Assembly (NCBI GenBank): GCA_963823335.1
Contig: CAWGLD010000001.1
Span: forward strand, 1,824,001-1,888,000
DNA from: an uncultured delta proteobacterium
GTDB lineage: Bacteria > Desulfobacterota > Desulfobacteria > Desulfobacterales > B30-G6
Reading direction: 5' to 3'
Length of the DNA stretch: 64,000 bases
The position numbers and the translations under genes were made by a program. A model generated the notes under the pieces. That model saw only the letters and a list, made by a program, of their open reading frames with translations. It was not told the origin of the DNA and ran no database searches. Position 1 is the stretch's first letter. Every line of letters begins with the position of its first letter. Positions 29,296 to 38,632 of this stretch are shown here, one piece after another.

Positions 29296-30062
29296 AGCAA
29301 AACAGGTTGCAAACAACCCTTGCTTGCCTGGCGGTCTTGACCACGCTGTTGATAGATCCTCCGTGTCAAAGTATTGCCGAGACATTGCAAAAGGACATGG
29401 TTGTCGGTCTTTTTTCATCTCTGCAGCCCGGTACGGATCCCCCACCCGGCTGGGAACCCTTGGTGTTCAAGAAAATTGACCGGCACACGCAATATGAACT
29501 GGTGGCAGATGATGGTGTTGTGGTGGTGAGGGCTGTAAGCGCTGCCGCTGCATCGGGGTTGATTCGAAAGATTCAGATCGATCCCATGGAATACCCAATC
29601 GTGGAATGGCGATGGAAGGTGAGCAATACCCTGCAAAAGGGAGATGTCACTAAAAAGGAGGGGGACGACTATCCAGCTCGGATATACATCACTTTTGCCT
29701 ATGACCCGTCCAAGCTTTCCTTTGGCAACCGGGTCAAGTACAAGACCGCAAAACTGCTGTACGGCGAATACCCGCCCACGGCGGCCATCAACTACATCTG
29801 GGAAAACCGTTCAGCCATCGACATGATGGTTCCCAACCCCTATACCGACCGCGCCATGATGATTGCCGTTGAATCGGGAGATGAAAAGACCAACCGGTGG
29901 GTCAACCAGAAAAGGAATCTGCTGGAGGATTACCGCAATGCCTTTCATACAGACCCGCCTCCGATATCAGGCGTGGCCATCATGACGGACACCGACAATA
30001 CCGGAGAGGCGGCCACGGCATTTTATGGGGATATTGTTTTTAAACAACTTCATGAGAACTAA
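29292..30062 (+). CDS. DUF3047 exported protein
   Basis: Signal peptide; WRWKV, GDDYPARIY and IMTDTDNT. Confidence 0.88.
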   Translation: MKQNRLQTTLACLAVLTTLLIDPPCQSIAETLQKDMVVGLFSSLQPGTDPPPGWEPLVFKKIDRHTQYELVADDGVVVVRAVSAAAASGLIRKIQIDPMEYPIVEWRWKVSNTLQKGDVTKKEGDDYPARIYITFAYDPSKLSFGNRVKYKTAKLLYGEYPPTAAINYIWENRSAIDMMVPNPYTDRAMMIAVESGDEKTNRWVNQKRNLLEDYRNAFHTDPPPISGVAIMTDTDNTGEAATAFYGDIVFKQLHEN

Positions 30063-30093
30063 CGCGACAGAGACATATTCTTGAAACCCGATG

Positions 30094-30236
30094 ATATTCA
30101 GCCTTCGGCTGTCATATACACTTCGTGTGACATTCGTCCTTCGGACGTCATTAGCGCTTCGCGCGTAATTTATTGTTGCCGATAGCTGACAGCTACCCAC
30201 CAACCCTCGTATCACCCTTGTACCACCCTCCAACCC
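30094..30236 (-). repeat. Mini-hairpin array element (copy 2) with adjacent AGGGT tract
   Basis: Reverse complement reads GCGC(GAA)GCGC / GTCC(GAA)GGAC / ACAC(GAA)GTGT / AGCC(GAA)GGCT. Confidence 0.85.
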
Positions 30237-30237
30237 T

Positions 30238-30939
30238 TTATTTATAGTACTTCACCAGCCGGTGAGGAGAGACCCCCATCAGATAAAGCACCATCAAGAC
30301 CCAGTTTCTGAGCGTAGCGTAGACCATCCCCTCTTTTTCCCAGCGGCGCGGGTCTGTTTGAACCCGCTTGCCGATAATTTGGATGACATCACCACGCTTT
30401 TTGATGCGTCGCATGATGTCCACGTCTTCCATGATGGGTATCATGCTGAATCCGCCGATCATGTGGAAATAGTCTTTGCGCAGAAAAATGGCCTGGTCCC
30501 CATAGGGCAGACGGGTGATCCGGGATCGGGCCGTGGCGATCTTTTCGATGATTCGATAACCCCATTTGGAGGAACGGATACCGAGATCGAAGGCGCCTCC
30601 GACGATATGGTCGTTTTGCAATGTTAACAATATCGCCTCGAGTGCTCTCTCCGGCAGCAGGGTGTCGGCATGTAGAAACAGCAGGATGGGTCCCGAGGCC
30701 AGTTTCGCGCCCCTGTTCATCTGGAGGCCGCGGCCCTTGCCGGCAATCTCGGTCTTGAGTTGCCAACGAGACGCGTTTTCAAAATGGATGGCTTCGAGGG
30801 TCGTGCCGTCTGGATCGGCATCCACAACCACGATTTCTATTGTTTTCCCGCTGGAATGATTATCAAGACAGCCAAGCGTGGTTTGGATAACCCCGGGTTC
30901 GTTCAAAACAGGTATGATAATCGAGATGTCGGGCTTCAT
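30238..30939 (-). CDS. TIGR04283-family GT2 glycosyltransferase
   Basis: SIIIPVLNE, GRGLQMNRGA, FLHADT, YGDQ and IMED. Confidence 0.92.
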   Translation of the reverse strand: MKPDISIIIPVLNEPGVIQTTLGCLDNHSSGKTIEIVVVDADPDGTTLEAIHFENASRWQLKTEIAGKGRGLQMNRGAKLASGPILLFLHADTLLPERALEAILLTLQNDHIVGGAFDLGIRSSKWGYRIIEKIATARSRITRLPYGDQAIFLRKDYFHMIGGFSMIPIMEDVDIMRRIKKRGDVIQIIGKRVQTDPRRWEKEGMVYATLRNWVLMVLYLMGVSPHRLVKYYK

Positions 30940-30974
30940 GGTTTTTTCCCAACAGGGTTCGAGAGACATTTGAT

Positions 30975-31098
30975 TGTTCTACAAACCGCGTGCTTGGCAC
31001 GCGGTTCCGAACCTGAACTTACGGAGACATGCCGTCTCCTTTGTTTTTCCCCATTTTGGGGGAAATCCAAGCCACCCGTTTCACGGGTGGTAGCTGAC
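30975..31098 (+). mobile_element. 124-bp IS200/IS605-type non-autonomous element
   Basis: Follows TTGAT; about two substitutions relative to the 6833 copy. Confidence 0.85.
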
Positions 31099-31431
31099 TG
31101 ATGGCAATGGAACAATGGATTCTCGCATGGAGACCGTTAGATTAAAATACATGCTTTTCAGGTGTGGGTCAATCTCTTGGACAGACATGACTGTTTGCTT
31201 TATCTGGGGGTAGCCACGCCTTTTTTATTTTAGGGAATCCGCACCACAATTCATAGGGAAGTCATTGCCTATATTAAAAGGGAAGAAAAAATTCGAGTTC
31301 GTAACTATTTGAAACAATTGAGTTTGAAAAAAAAATGGCTATGTCGCATGGATTTTGCATGACAAATTACACGAATGACCATAAATGATCTGCTGCGACA
31401 GGTATTGCATATAAGGGGGTTGAATATACCA

Positions 31432-31581
31432 ATGAAAGAAAGCTTTTTCGGTAACGGTGATCGGCGTTCCGGGGTAGACAGACGTGTTTTTTCCTATGCC
31501 GTCCATATCCCTGAAAGAAGAATGGCCGTGGATCGGAGGCTTGGTATGGATCGGCGGGAACACCCAAGAGAACACGAATAA
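31432..31581 (+). CDS. Small Arg/Asp-rich protein with repeated (D/E)RR motifs
   Basis: AAGGGGG RBS; DRRSGVDRR...ERRMAVDRRLGMDRR; followed by a terminator. Confidence 0.6.
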   Translation: MKESFFGNGDRRSGVDRRVFSYAVHIPERRMAVDRRLGMDRREHPREHE

Positions 31582-31605
31582 TCAATTTCCCTTAAATGGG
31601 GTTCA

Positions 31606-31647
31606 AAAGAGGGCGGATAGAGAAAATCTATTGGCCCTCTTTTTTTG
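31606..31647 (+). terminator. Intrinsic terminator
   Basis: AAAAGAGGGC...GCCCTCTTTTTTT. Confidence 0.7.
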
Positions 31648-31927
31648 GAGGACGGGTCTGTTTTTATGGACAGGATATGGATATGTCCCGGGTATCGCAC
31701 TTCTGGCACGTCTATCTTTACTGTACCGTTAGCGGGACGGCGTCTTCCTTTGTGTTGCAGCAACCTCGACAATCGCTCAATTTATTATTTCCGGCTCTTT
31801 GAACCCTATATATCGATCAACGCTAGTGGATAGGATCCAGCGTAAAAAAGCCCAGTTTTACGAGAATTCCAAACACAAAAGAGAGTGACACCGTCGCGTT
31901 TGATAAAATCGTGTAACGATTTTATTT

Positions 31928-32629
31928 TTATATGGAGTTCAAGAGTTTTTCGATTTCTTTTTCGGTGAGATGACGCCAGGCGCCTTCAGGCAGATCCCCG
32001 AGATCGATATTGGCGACCCGGACCCGTTTCAGGGCGGTAACACGATTGCCTGTTTTTTTGACCATGCGGCGAATCTGTCTGTTCCGGCCTTCTTTGAGCT
32101 GGATCAGAAAACGATTGCCGGAAAGCCGTTTGACCATGGCGGGTCGGGTCTTGCTTCCCAGGATGGTGACACCTGTTTCCAGCTTTTTCAGGACACTGTC
32201 GGATATCGGGGCCGCAACAGTCACGATGTATTCTTTTTCGTGATCAAAGGAGGGGTGCAGCAGATGGTGGTGGAGATTTCCATCATTGGTCATGAGCAGG
32301 AGTCCGGTGGAGTCCTTGTCAAGACGCCCCACCGGAAAAATACGCTCTGGAATGTCCACCAGGTCCACGACGATCTTTTCGTTTTTCTGGTTGCAGGTGG
32401 TGACATACGATCTAGGTTTGTTTAGGGCAATGTATATCGGGGTCTGTCTTGCGGTCAGCAGCTGTCCACTGACATCGATCCTGTCTTTTTCAGGATCGAT
32501 CTTGGTGCCGAGCTCGGTTATGACCTGCCCGTTGACGCGCACCTTTCCTTCCTGGATATATACTTCCCCCTGTCTGCGCGAACAGTATCCAGCCGAAGAT
32601 AGAAACTTTTGAAGTCTGACAAGGGGCAT
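31928..32629 (-). CDS. rRNA pseudouridine synthase, RsuA/RluB family
   Basis: S4 domain RLQKFLS, GRLDKDSTG and EGRNRQIRRM. Confidence 0.95.
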   Translation of the reverse strand: MPLVRLQKFLSSAGYCSRRQGEVYIQEGKVRVNGQVITELGTKIDPEKDRIDVSGQLLTARQTPIYIALNKPRSYVTTCNQKNEKIVVDLVDIPERIFPVGRLDKDSTGLLLMTNDGNLHHHLLHPSFDHEKEYIVTVAAPISDSVLKKLETGVTILGSKTRPAMVKRLSGNRFLIQLKEGRNRQIRRMVKKTGNRVTALKRVRVANIDLGDLPEGAWRHLTEKEIEKLLNSI

Positions 32630-32970
32630 CTTAGGATTCGGATCCTTTTTTTCTTAGTATGCTATTAATTGAGTCCTCGATATAAATTCCTATCAATAGT
32701 GGGAATAGGGTTCGAGGGTCCATGGATTCAAGGGTGGCTAAAAGCTGTAAGCGTTTAGCCTTAAGCCACTTATTGCTTACAGAATACAGCTCATCATTCG
32801 GGTTTCTCCATAAGATAGAGCGAAATGGGATTATTCATTTTGCATTTTCTGAATCCCGAAAGTTGAGTTACAGCTTACTGCTGAAATCCACACCCAATAC
32901 CAAACACTAAATACAAAACACGTCCAAGGTTTTTACAACTCCTGAGACAGCATCGCAAAGGGATGCTATC

Positions 32971-34155
32971 TCAGGAGCGATAGTCTGCGTTGATCTTTAT
33001 GTAGTCAAGGGAAAAATCACATGTGAGAACGGAAGCCGACCCCGCACCCATGTTCAAATCGACGACAATGGTGAACTCGGGTTTTTTTAGCACCTGGGTT
33101 GCCAGATTTTCCGCCTCCGGACCACAGCTCATGCTGTTGCGGGTCATTTGCACCTGGTTGAAATAGATATCGATACTGTCCGGGTCGATGGGGACCTGGG
33201 CCCTTCCGGCAGCGGCGATGAGTCGGCCCCAGTTGGCATCTTCCCCGAAAAGGGCTGTCTTGACCAGGGGCGAGGTGGAGATCGTATGGGCTATGGCACG
33301 GGCATCCTGGTGAGACATGGCCCCTTTGACGAGGATGTCCACACATTTGGTTACGCCTTCACCATCTTTGACGAGACTTTTGGCCAGACTGTTGAGAATC
33401 TGTTCCAGCAGGTGCTGAAAGTCGCCGGTCTGGTCCATGGTGTCCATGGACACATTGGATTGCCCATTGGCCAGTATCAACGCCATGTCGTTGGTGCTGG
33501 TGTCGCCATCGATGCAAATCCTGTTGAGAGTTTTGTCAACAGCCCCTGTGAGTAATTCTTTCAACAAGTGATGCGGTATGAATACGTCGGTACAGATAAA
33601 ACAGAGCATGGTGGCCATATCGGGCGCAATCATGCCCGAGCCCTTGGCCATACCAACCAGGTTGTATGCCCGGTCGCCAACGTGACCCTGGCAATGCTCC
33701 AGCTTCGGGATGGTATCGGTTGTCATGATGGCCCTGGCAAAATCCATGAAACCATCCGGTTTTAAGGCCGCGATGAGACTTGGCACAGCGTTTTCTATTT
33801 TTTTCAGGGGCAGGCGTTTGCCGATGACGCCTGTGGATGCCACCAGGACATCATTTTCCATCAACCCCAGCCCCCTGGCAGCTGCGCCGGCCATGTCCAG
33901 GGCGTCTTGAAAACCGGCCTTGCCATTGCAGCAATTGGCATTGCCGCTATTGACGATGATGGCGTTCGATAGACCTGACTGGGTTCGTTTTTGAGTAATA
34001 AGCACCGGCGCCGCCCTGATCCTGTTTTGAGTAAAGACGCCGGCCGAGCTAGCCGGTGATTCCGAATAAATGAGTCCCAGGTCCCTGTTTCCGTTTTGTT
34101 TCAGCCCGGAATGGACACCTGCCGCCTGAAACCCCTTACATCTGATTGTCGTCAT
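32971..34155 (-). CDS. argJ: Bifunctional ornithine acetyltransferase/N-acetylglutamate synthase
   Basis: KGSGMIAPDMATML, DTSTND, KDGEG and INADYRS. Confidence 0.96.
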   Translation of the reverse strand: MTTIRCKGFQAAGVHSGLKQNGNRDLGLIYSESPASSAGVFTQNRIRAAPVLITQKRTQSGLSNAIIVNSGNANCCNGKAGFQDALDMAGAAARGLGLMENDVLVASTGVIGKRLPLKKIENAVPSLIAALKPDGFMDFARAIMTTDTIPKLEHCQGHVGDRAYNLVGMAKGSGMIAPDMATMLCFICTDVFIPHHLLKELLTGAVDKTLNRICIDGDTSTNDMALILANGQSNVSMDTMDQTGDFQHLLEQILNSLAKSLVKDGEGVTKCVDILVKGAMSHQDARAIAHTISTSPLVKTALFGEDANWGRLIAAAGRAQVPIDPDSIDIYFNQVQMTRNSMSCGPEAENLATQVLKKPEFTIVVDLNMGAGSASVLTCDFSLDYIKINADYRS

Positions 34156-34505
34156 GGGATACTTCTTTCTAATTAATAATTATTGGCATTGCGAGATAAT
34201 CGGTTAAATATTTATTTTGACATTATCATGTCTGAAAATCAATAACCGAAACAGAGCATGACTACTTTCAGGAATGACCGGCAGGCTGCCGAAGCAGACC
34301 GCCGGCACGGGCCGAGATATTTTCAAGCGCTGGTTCGATTTGACAGAACCCCTATTATGACCTATAAGTCAAGCTTCAATCGGGTTTGTTGGGTTTTAGC
34401 TTTAAGCGGTAAGCTATAAGCAGTAGGCTGCTAATAGTCTACAGCCTATGGCCTGTCCCTTTGGACCCTGTTTTTTAGGTTCCGACCCGAAGAAAGTGGT
34501 GAAAT

Positions 34506-34688
34506 ATGCGCGAACTAAATAGTGTATGTCCGGATTGTGGTGTGCGGCTCGACATTTTCAAGACATGACGTCAGATTCGTTTGCGCTGCAGGTCCTGCGG
34601 CAAGCTTTACCCGGTTGAACGGTATCTTGGAGGCAGCGACGATGCCCTGGATGAGCTGTTGGCTGATGTCCGCTGTGACAGGTTATAA
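34506..34688 (+). CDS. Small dual-CXXC selenoprotein (60 aa, Sec at TGA 34566-34568), absent from the ORF track
   Basis: MRELNSVCPDCGVRLDIFKT-U-RQIRLRCRSCGKLY...DVRCDRL*. SECIS-like GCTGCAGGTCCTGCGGC at 34585-34601; stop lies 3 nt before the next ATG. Confidence 0.82.
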
Positions 34689-34691
34689 GCC

Positions 34692-35609
34692 ATGACCTTG
34701 GTACTTTCGAGCCTGTTCCCCGTTTTTTTCCTTCTTTTGATCGGCAGTTTGCTGAAGCGGCTGAAACTGACCAACGAGATGTTTTTGAAACTCTCTGACA
34801 GGCTGGTTTATTTTATTTTTTTCCCGGTACTGCTTTTCTGGAAAATCGGGGGTGCGGAAGTCGGTCGTTTTGTGAACTGGAAATTGTGCCTCGCCGCCAT
34901 CGTATCGATTGCCATAACCTATGTCATCAGCGCCCTGGCGTTGAAAATTTTCAACATACCTGATCACAAGGCCGGCTCTTTTTCTCAAAGCTGTTACCGG
35001 TTCAATACCTATATCGGTATGGCGATTGTTTTTTATGCCTTCGGCGAAGAGGGTATCAAGCATTTTGGTCTTCTGATCGGGTTTGCCATTCCCTTTATCA
35101 ATATATTGGCCGTGTCCACGCTGATCTGGTATTCTGGAAAGACCACCTCCTCAGGACATCGCCTGGGGATCTTTTTCAAGGAGATATGCACGAATCCCCT
35201 GGTACTTTCCTGTGCAGCAGGTTTGGCATATTCCAGGATGATCGGTTCTTTTCCGGCTTTTATCGACAACACCTTTCGTCTCATGTCGGCAGCCGCCCTG
35301 CCACTCGCTCTCATCTCCATCGGAGGAGCACTGACCATGAAGGGATTGCGGGGCAATCTCGGTATTTCAACTATTGGGTCGATTATTAAATTATTGTTCC
35401 TGCCCCTGGTGGGTTTTTTTGTCTTGAGGGAGCTTCAGGTCATTGGGCTGCCGTTTAAGGTGGGAATGATATTTTTCATGTTGCCGACGTCTGCATCGAT
35501 TTATGTCCTCTCCTCCCAGCTCAACAGTGACACGGAGCTGGCATCAGCCGCCATTGTTCTTTCGACGATACTCTCCTTTTTTTCTCTTTCCGTAGGACTG
35601 ATGCTTTGA
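34692..35609 (+). CDS. AEC-family (auxin efflux carrier-like) membrane transporter
   Basis: About 10 TM helices; RFNTYIG, NPLV and PLALISIG. Confidence 0.88.
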   Translation: MTLVLSSLFPVFFLLLIGSLLKRLKLTNEMFLKLSDRLVYFIFFPVLLFWKIGGAEVGRFVNWKLCLAAIVSIAITYVISALALKIFNIPDHKAGSFSQSCYRFNTYIGMAIVFYAFGEEGIKHFGLLIGFAIPFINILAVSTLIWYSGKTTSSGHRLGIFFKEICTNPLVLSCAAGLAYSRMIGSFPAFIDNTFRLMSAAALPLALISIGGALTMKGLRGNLGISTIGSIIKLLFLPLVGFFVLRELQVIGLPFKVGMIFFMLPTSASIYVLSSQLNSDTELASAAIVLSTILSFFSLSVGLML

Positions 35610-35626
35610 AGTTGAAGGAAAGCAGC

Positions 35627-36364
35627 ATGCAAACATTCAAGTTGATTTTGGAATATGACGGCACCGCGTATCATGGCTGGCAGCGTCAGAAGGCGGATCG
35701 GACCATTCAGGAAGAGATCGAAAAAGCGCTGGCGACCATGACGGGAAAAGTCATCTGTCTGGCAGGATCCGGGAGAACGGATGCCGGTGTGCATGCCATT
35801 GGTCAGACGGCCAGTTTCAGCAGTGATGCCGGTCTTAGCCCGGACATATACCTCAAGGGTCTCAACAGTCTGCTCCCGAACGATATTCTCGTCAAGGTCT
35901 GTGAATTGATGGACCCGGAATTTCATGCCAGGTACAATGCCCGGAGTAAGATGTATCAATACCGCATATTGAATCGTGACATGCCATTCGTCATGGAAAG
36001 ATATTATGTCTGGCACATCCGGCAACACCTGAACGTGGAGGCCATGCGGGAAGCCACATCATTTTTTGTGGGCGAACATGATTTCAAGGCCTTCGAAGGG
36101 ACCGGAAGTCCCCGTACCAGCACGGTTCGACATGTCATTCAGGCCGGGATAAGGGCAACAGGGGGTGGTAAAATCCTGTTCGATATCGAGGCGGACGGTT
36201 TTCTGCGATATATGGTTCGCAATATCCTTGGCACACTGGTTGATGTGGGCAAGGGTCGCATCTCCGGGGAAGATGTGAAGAGAATTCTCCTTTCCAGAGA
36301 CAGGAGCCAGGCAGGTGCCACGGCGCCCCCCAGGGGGTTGTTTCTGATGCAGGTGAATTATTAG
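35627..36364 (+). CDS. truA: tRNA pseudouridine(38-40) synthase
   Basis: YDGTAYHGWQ, GRTDAGVHA, GFLRYMVR and TAPPRGL. Confidence 0.97.
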   Translation: MQTFKLILEYDGTAYHGWQRQKADRTIQEEIEKALATMTGKVICLAGSGRTDAGVHAIGQTASFSSDAGLSPDIYLKGLNSLLPNDILVKVCELMDPEFHARYNARSKMYQYRILNRDMPFVMERYYVWHIRQHLNVEAMREATSFFVGEHDFKAFEGTGSPRTSTVRHVIQAGIRATGGGKILFDIEADGFLRYMVRNILGTLVDVGKGRISGEDVKRILLSRDRSQAGATAPPRGLFLMQVNY

Positions 36365-36401
36365 GCTTCGAGGAATTCTTTGCTTTAAAAAAAAGCTTTG
36401 C

Positions 36402-36565
36402 TGTCATTTACTTCGTGTCATTCATTGTGGCTGTCAGCTTTGAGCAACAATTAATGACGCGCGTAGCGCAAATATCGTCCGAAGGACTAATAACGCACGA
36501 CGTGCGAATGACAGCCGAAGGCAGAATGTCGCGCGTAGCGCAAATGTCGTCCAAAGGACAAATGA
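36402..36565 (+). repeat. Mini-hairpin array element (copy 3, six 18-bp units at 36453-36560)
   Basis: AATRWC-stem-triloop-stem units with the same leader as the 8630 copy. Confidence 0.85.
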
Positions 36566-36568
36566 TCA

Positions 36569-37885
36569 TCAATCACCTTCCTCAAGATCATGCACGCCCT
36601 GGAGAACAATATCGAAAAGCTCCTGGATATCGGTTTCTTCCAGGCATGAAAAGGCCACTCTCAGGTTATCCTCGCCGATGGAGATCAGACCTACACCGTA
36701 GGTTTCCAGCAGGTGGACCCGCAGTTTCTCCGCATTGACAGATTTGAGCCGGATACACATGAAATATCCTGAATTGAATGGATAGACATCCCAGGCATCC
36801 TGGTATTTGGGGTCGGAAAGTACCTTCTTGACCGTGTTGGCTCTTTTCTTCAAGATAATGAATTTGTCCTGCTTTTCGGTGCTGAAGTTTTCATTCCGGA
36901 TCGATTTCAGTACAATGGACTGCCCCAGATGAGATGCGTTGGAGATATTCCCTCGGATACATCCTGCGGTTTTTTTCTCCAGGGCATCATAGACGGCGGC
37001 AGGATCGGTTTTTGCCTGAAGACCATAGGTAACGAACCCGACCCTGAGACCCCAGGCAAAGTTTTCCTTGGTACACCCGTCCAGTTTGACGGCCAGTAAA
37101 CGCGGATCCTGGCCGCAAAGTCTGGCAAAGAGGGATTCCTTGAGTGTTTCAGGCTCGTAGAACAGCCCGAAGTAGGCATCATCCATGACAGCCAGAACAT
37201 GATTGCCGGACCTGGCAATATCGGTCAGGATGGTGACAATCTGATCCCCTTCCTGTTGTGTGGCGGTGTATCCGGTTGGATTGTGAGGAAAATTCAAAAG
37301 GACGGTTATTTTTTTATTTTTTCGGGCCTCATCCTTGACGGCTTCTTCAAAAGCCTTGACGTTAAAAGACCCCGACGAAGTAAAAATTGGGTACGAACGA
37401 ATCCTGGCTGATTTTCTCAGGCCCAGGATCATGTTGTAATTCCCCCACAGCATGTCCGGCAGGATGACCACATCACCGGGATCGATCCATACATCCGCAA
37501 ACACACTGATGCCATGGGTAATGCCGCATGAAACCACCGGAAGGCTGATGGCTTTGCCTGCCAGGGATTGGTTTTTCTCAAACAGGGATGCCTGCCAGGC
37601 CTTGCGCAGGGCTGGTATGCCAAAAGAGGGCGCATAGGTCAGAGATGCTCTGGGCGGGATATCCTTGATGGACTCTTTGACGGACTCAAAACACATGATG
37701 TCACCGGCTTCCGTTGCAATGCCGATGGTGGCATTCAGCTTGTGGGCTTTTTCTCTGGCTTCGGCACTTTGACTCAGAATACCCTTCGGGAAAAAGAGCT
37801 GCCTGCCCATGGCTGACAGCATTTCCATCAGATGGGGATTTTGGCTCTGGATGACCTGATTCAACTCCTGGGCAATGGGATTCAT
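36569..37885 (-). CDS. PLP-dependent aminotransferase class I/II
   Basis: NFPHNPTG, DDAY and GCTKENFAWGLRVG. Confidence 0.9.
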   Translation of the reverse strand: MNPIAQELNQVIQSQNPHLMEMLSAMGRQLFFPKGILSQSAEAREKAHKLNATIGIATEAGDIMCFESVKESIKDIPPRASLTYAPSFGIPALRKAWQASLFEKNQSLAGKAISLPVVSCGITHGISVFADVWIDPGDVVILPDMLWGNYNMILGLRKSARIRSYPIFTSSGSFNVKAFEEAVKDEARKNKKITVLLNFPHNPTGYTATQQEGDQIVTILTDIARSGNHVLAVMDDAYFGLFYEPETLKESLFARLCGQDPRLLAVKLDGCTKENFAWGLRVGFVTYGLQAKTDPAAVYDALEKKTAGCIRGNISNASHLGQSIVLKSIRNENFSTEKQDKFIILKKRANTVKKVLSDPKYQDAWDVYPFNSGYFMCIRLKSVNAEKLRVHLLETYGVGLISIGEDNLRVAFSCLEETDIQELFDIVLQGVHDLEEGD

Positions 37886-37962
37886 TGGACAACCTCCGTA
37901 TTCTCAAATCAGTTCTTTTTGGATGTTCATACAAGTTGGTCTGGAAGCATGTCAAGAGAGAT

Positions 37963-37997
37963 AAAAAAAACCCCGCTGTGAAAACAGAGCGGGGTTT
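37963..37997 (-). terminator. Intrinsic terminator after the PxxKW gene
   Basis: Minus strand AAACCCCGC...GCGGGG followed by T8. Confidence 0.8.
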
Positions 37998-38018
37998 GCA
38001 ATAAAATCGTGGGCGAGA

Positions 38019-38297
38019 TTACTTTCTGGCTCTTTTGGAAGCTTTGAGCGGATTGATTTTCTGTTTGGTGCCTGCTTTTTCCATGGTGATATGAGAGGCC
38101 AGATTACAGTTACCATTTTTCCATTTCAGCGACGGCTCGGGGCATGCCGTGCAATACCAGCCGTCTGAAAATTCTTGTACGCGATTACATCCATTGCAGG
38201 TCTCAACGGTTTCATGGCAAAGCCCACCGTTGTAAGAACAGCCTTTTGCGGTCATAAATGTGCACTCGGCACCGTTTCTAATTGTTGTACAAATCAT
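38019..38297 (-). CDS. PxxKW-family cysteine-rich protein
   Basis: CTT...C.FM...GC, PSLKW...C..ASH and INPLKASKR; GGGGAG RBS. Confidence 0.88.
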   Translation of the reverse strand: MICTTIRNGAECTFMTAKGCSYNGGLCHETVETCNGCNRVQEFSDGWYCTACPEPSLKWKNGNCNLASHITMEKAGTKQKINPLKASKRARK

Positions 38298-38632
38298 TGG
38301 AATAACTCCCCCTTTTAGTTGGATTATCAAGTAGTTAGTGTTTTTTATTTCGTTTGGAATAGATGCGGATATACCTAGCTGTTAGACTCCAAAACACTCT
38401 CGTAAAAAGTAGCTTTTCTGGCTTTTTGCGAGACCATCAATAAAAAAGGCCCGAGAAAAGATACCCCGGCCCGATTAAGGTCCTAAAGAAAATTAGGGCT
38501 GAACATAGTCAGGGAAAAAGGGTTTGTCAAATGATTTCTTGATTTTTTGAGCTAAAAAATGCATTTTGCAGTTGCATGATATCCTTGGGAAAAGCAACTA
38601 TCGGTTTGATATCGAAAAAGGAGTGGACATCC

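Noticed and set aside
31342-31410. Sigma54 promoters (TCGCAT-N5-TTGCA, TGCGAC-N5-TTGCA)
   Set aside because: Both lack the invariant GG at -24.
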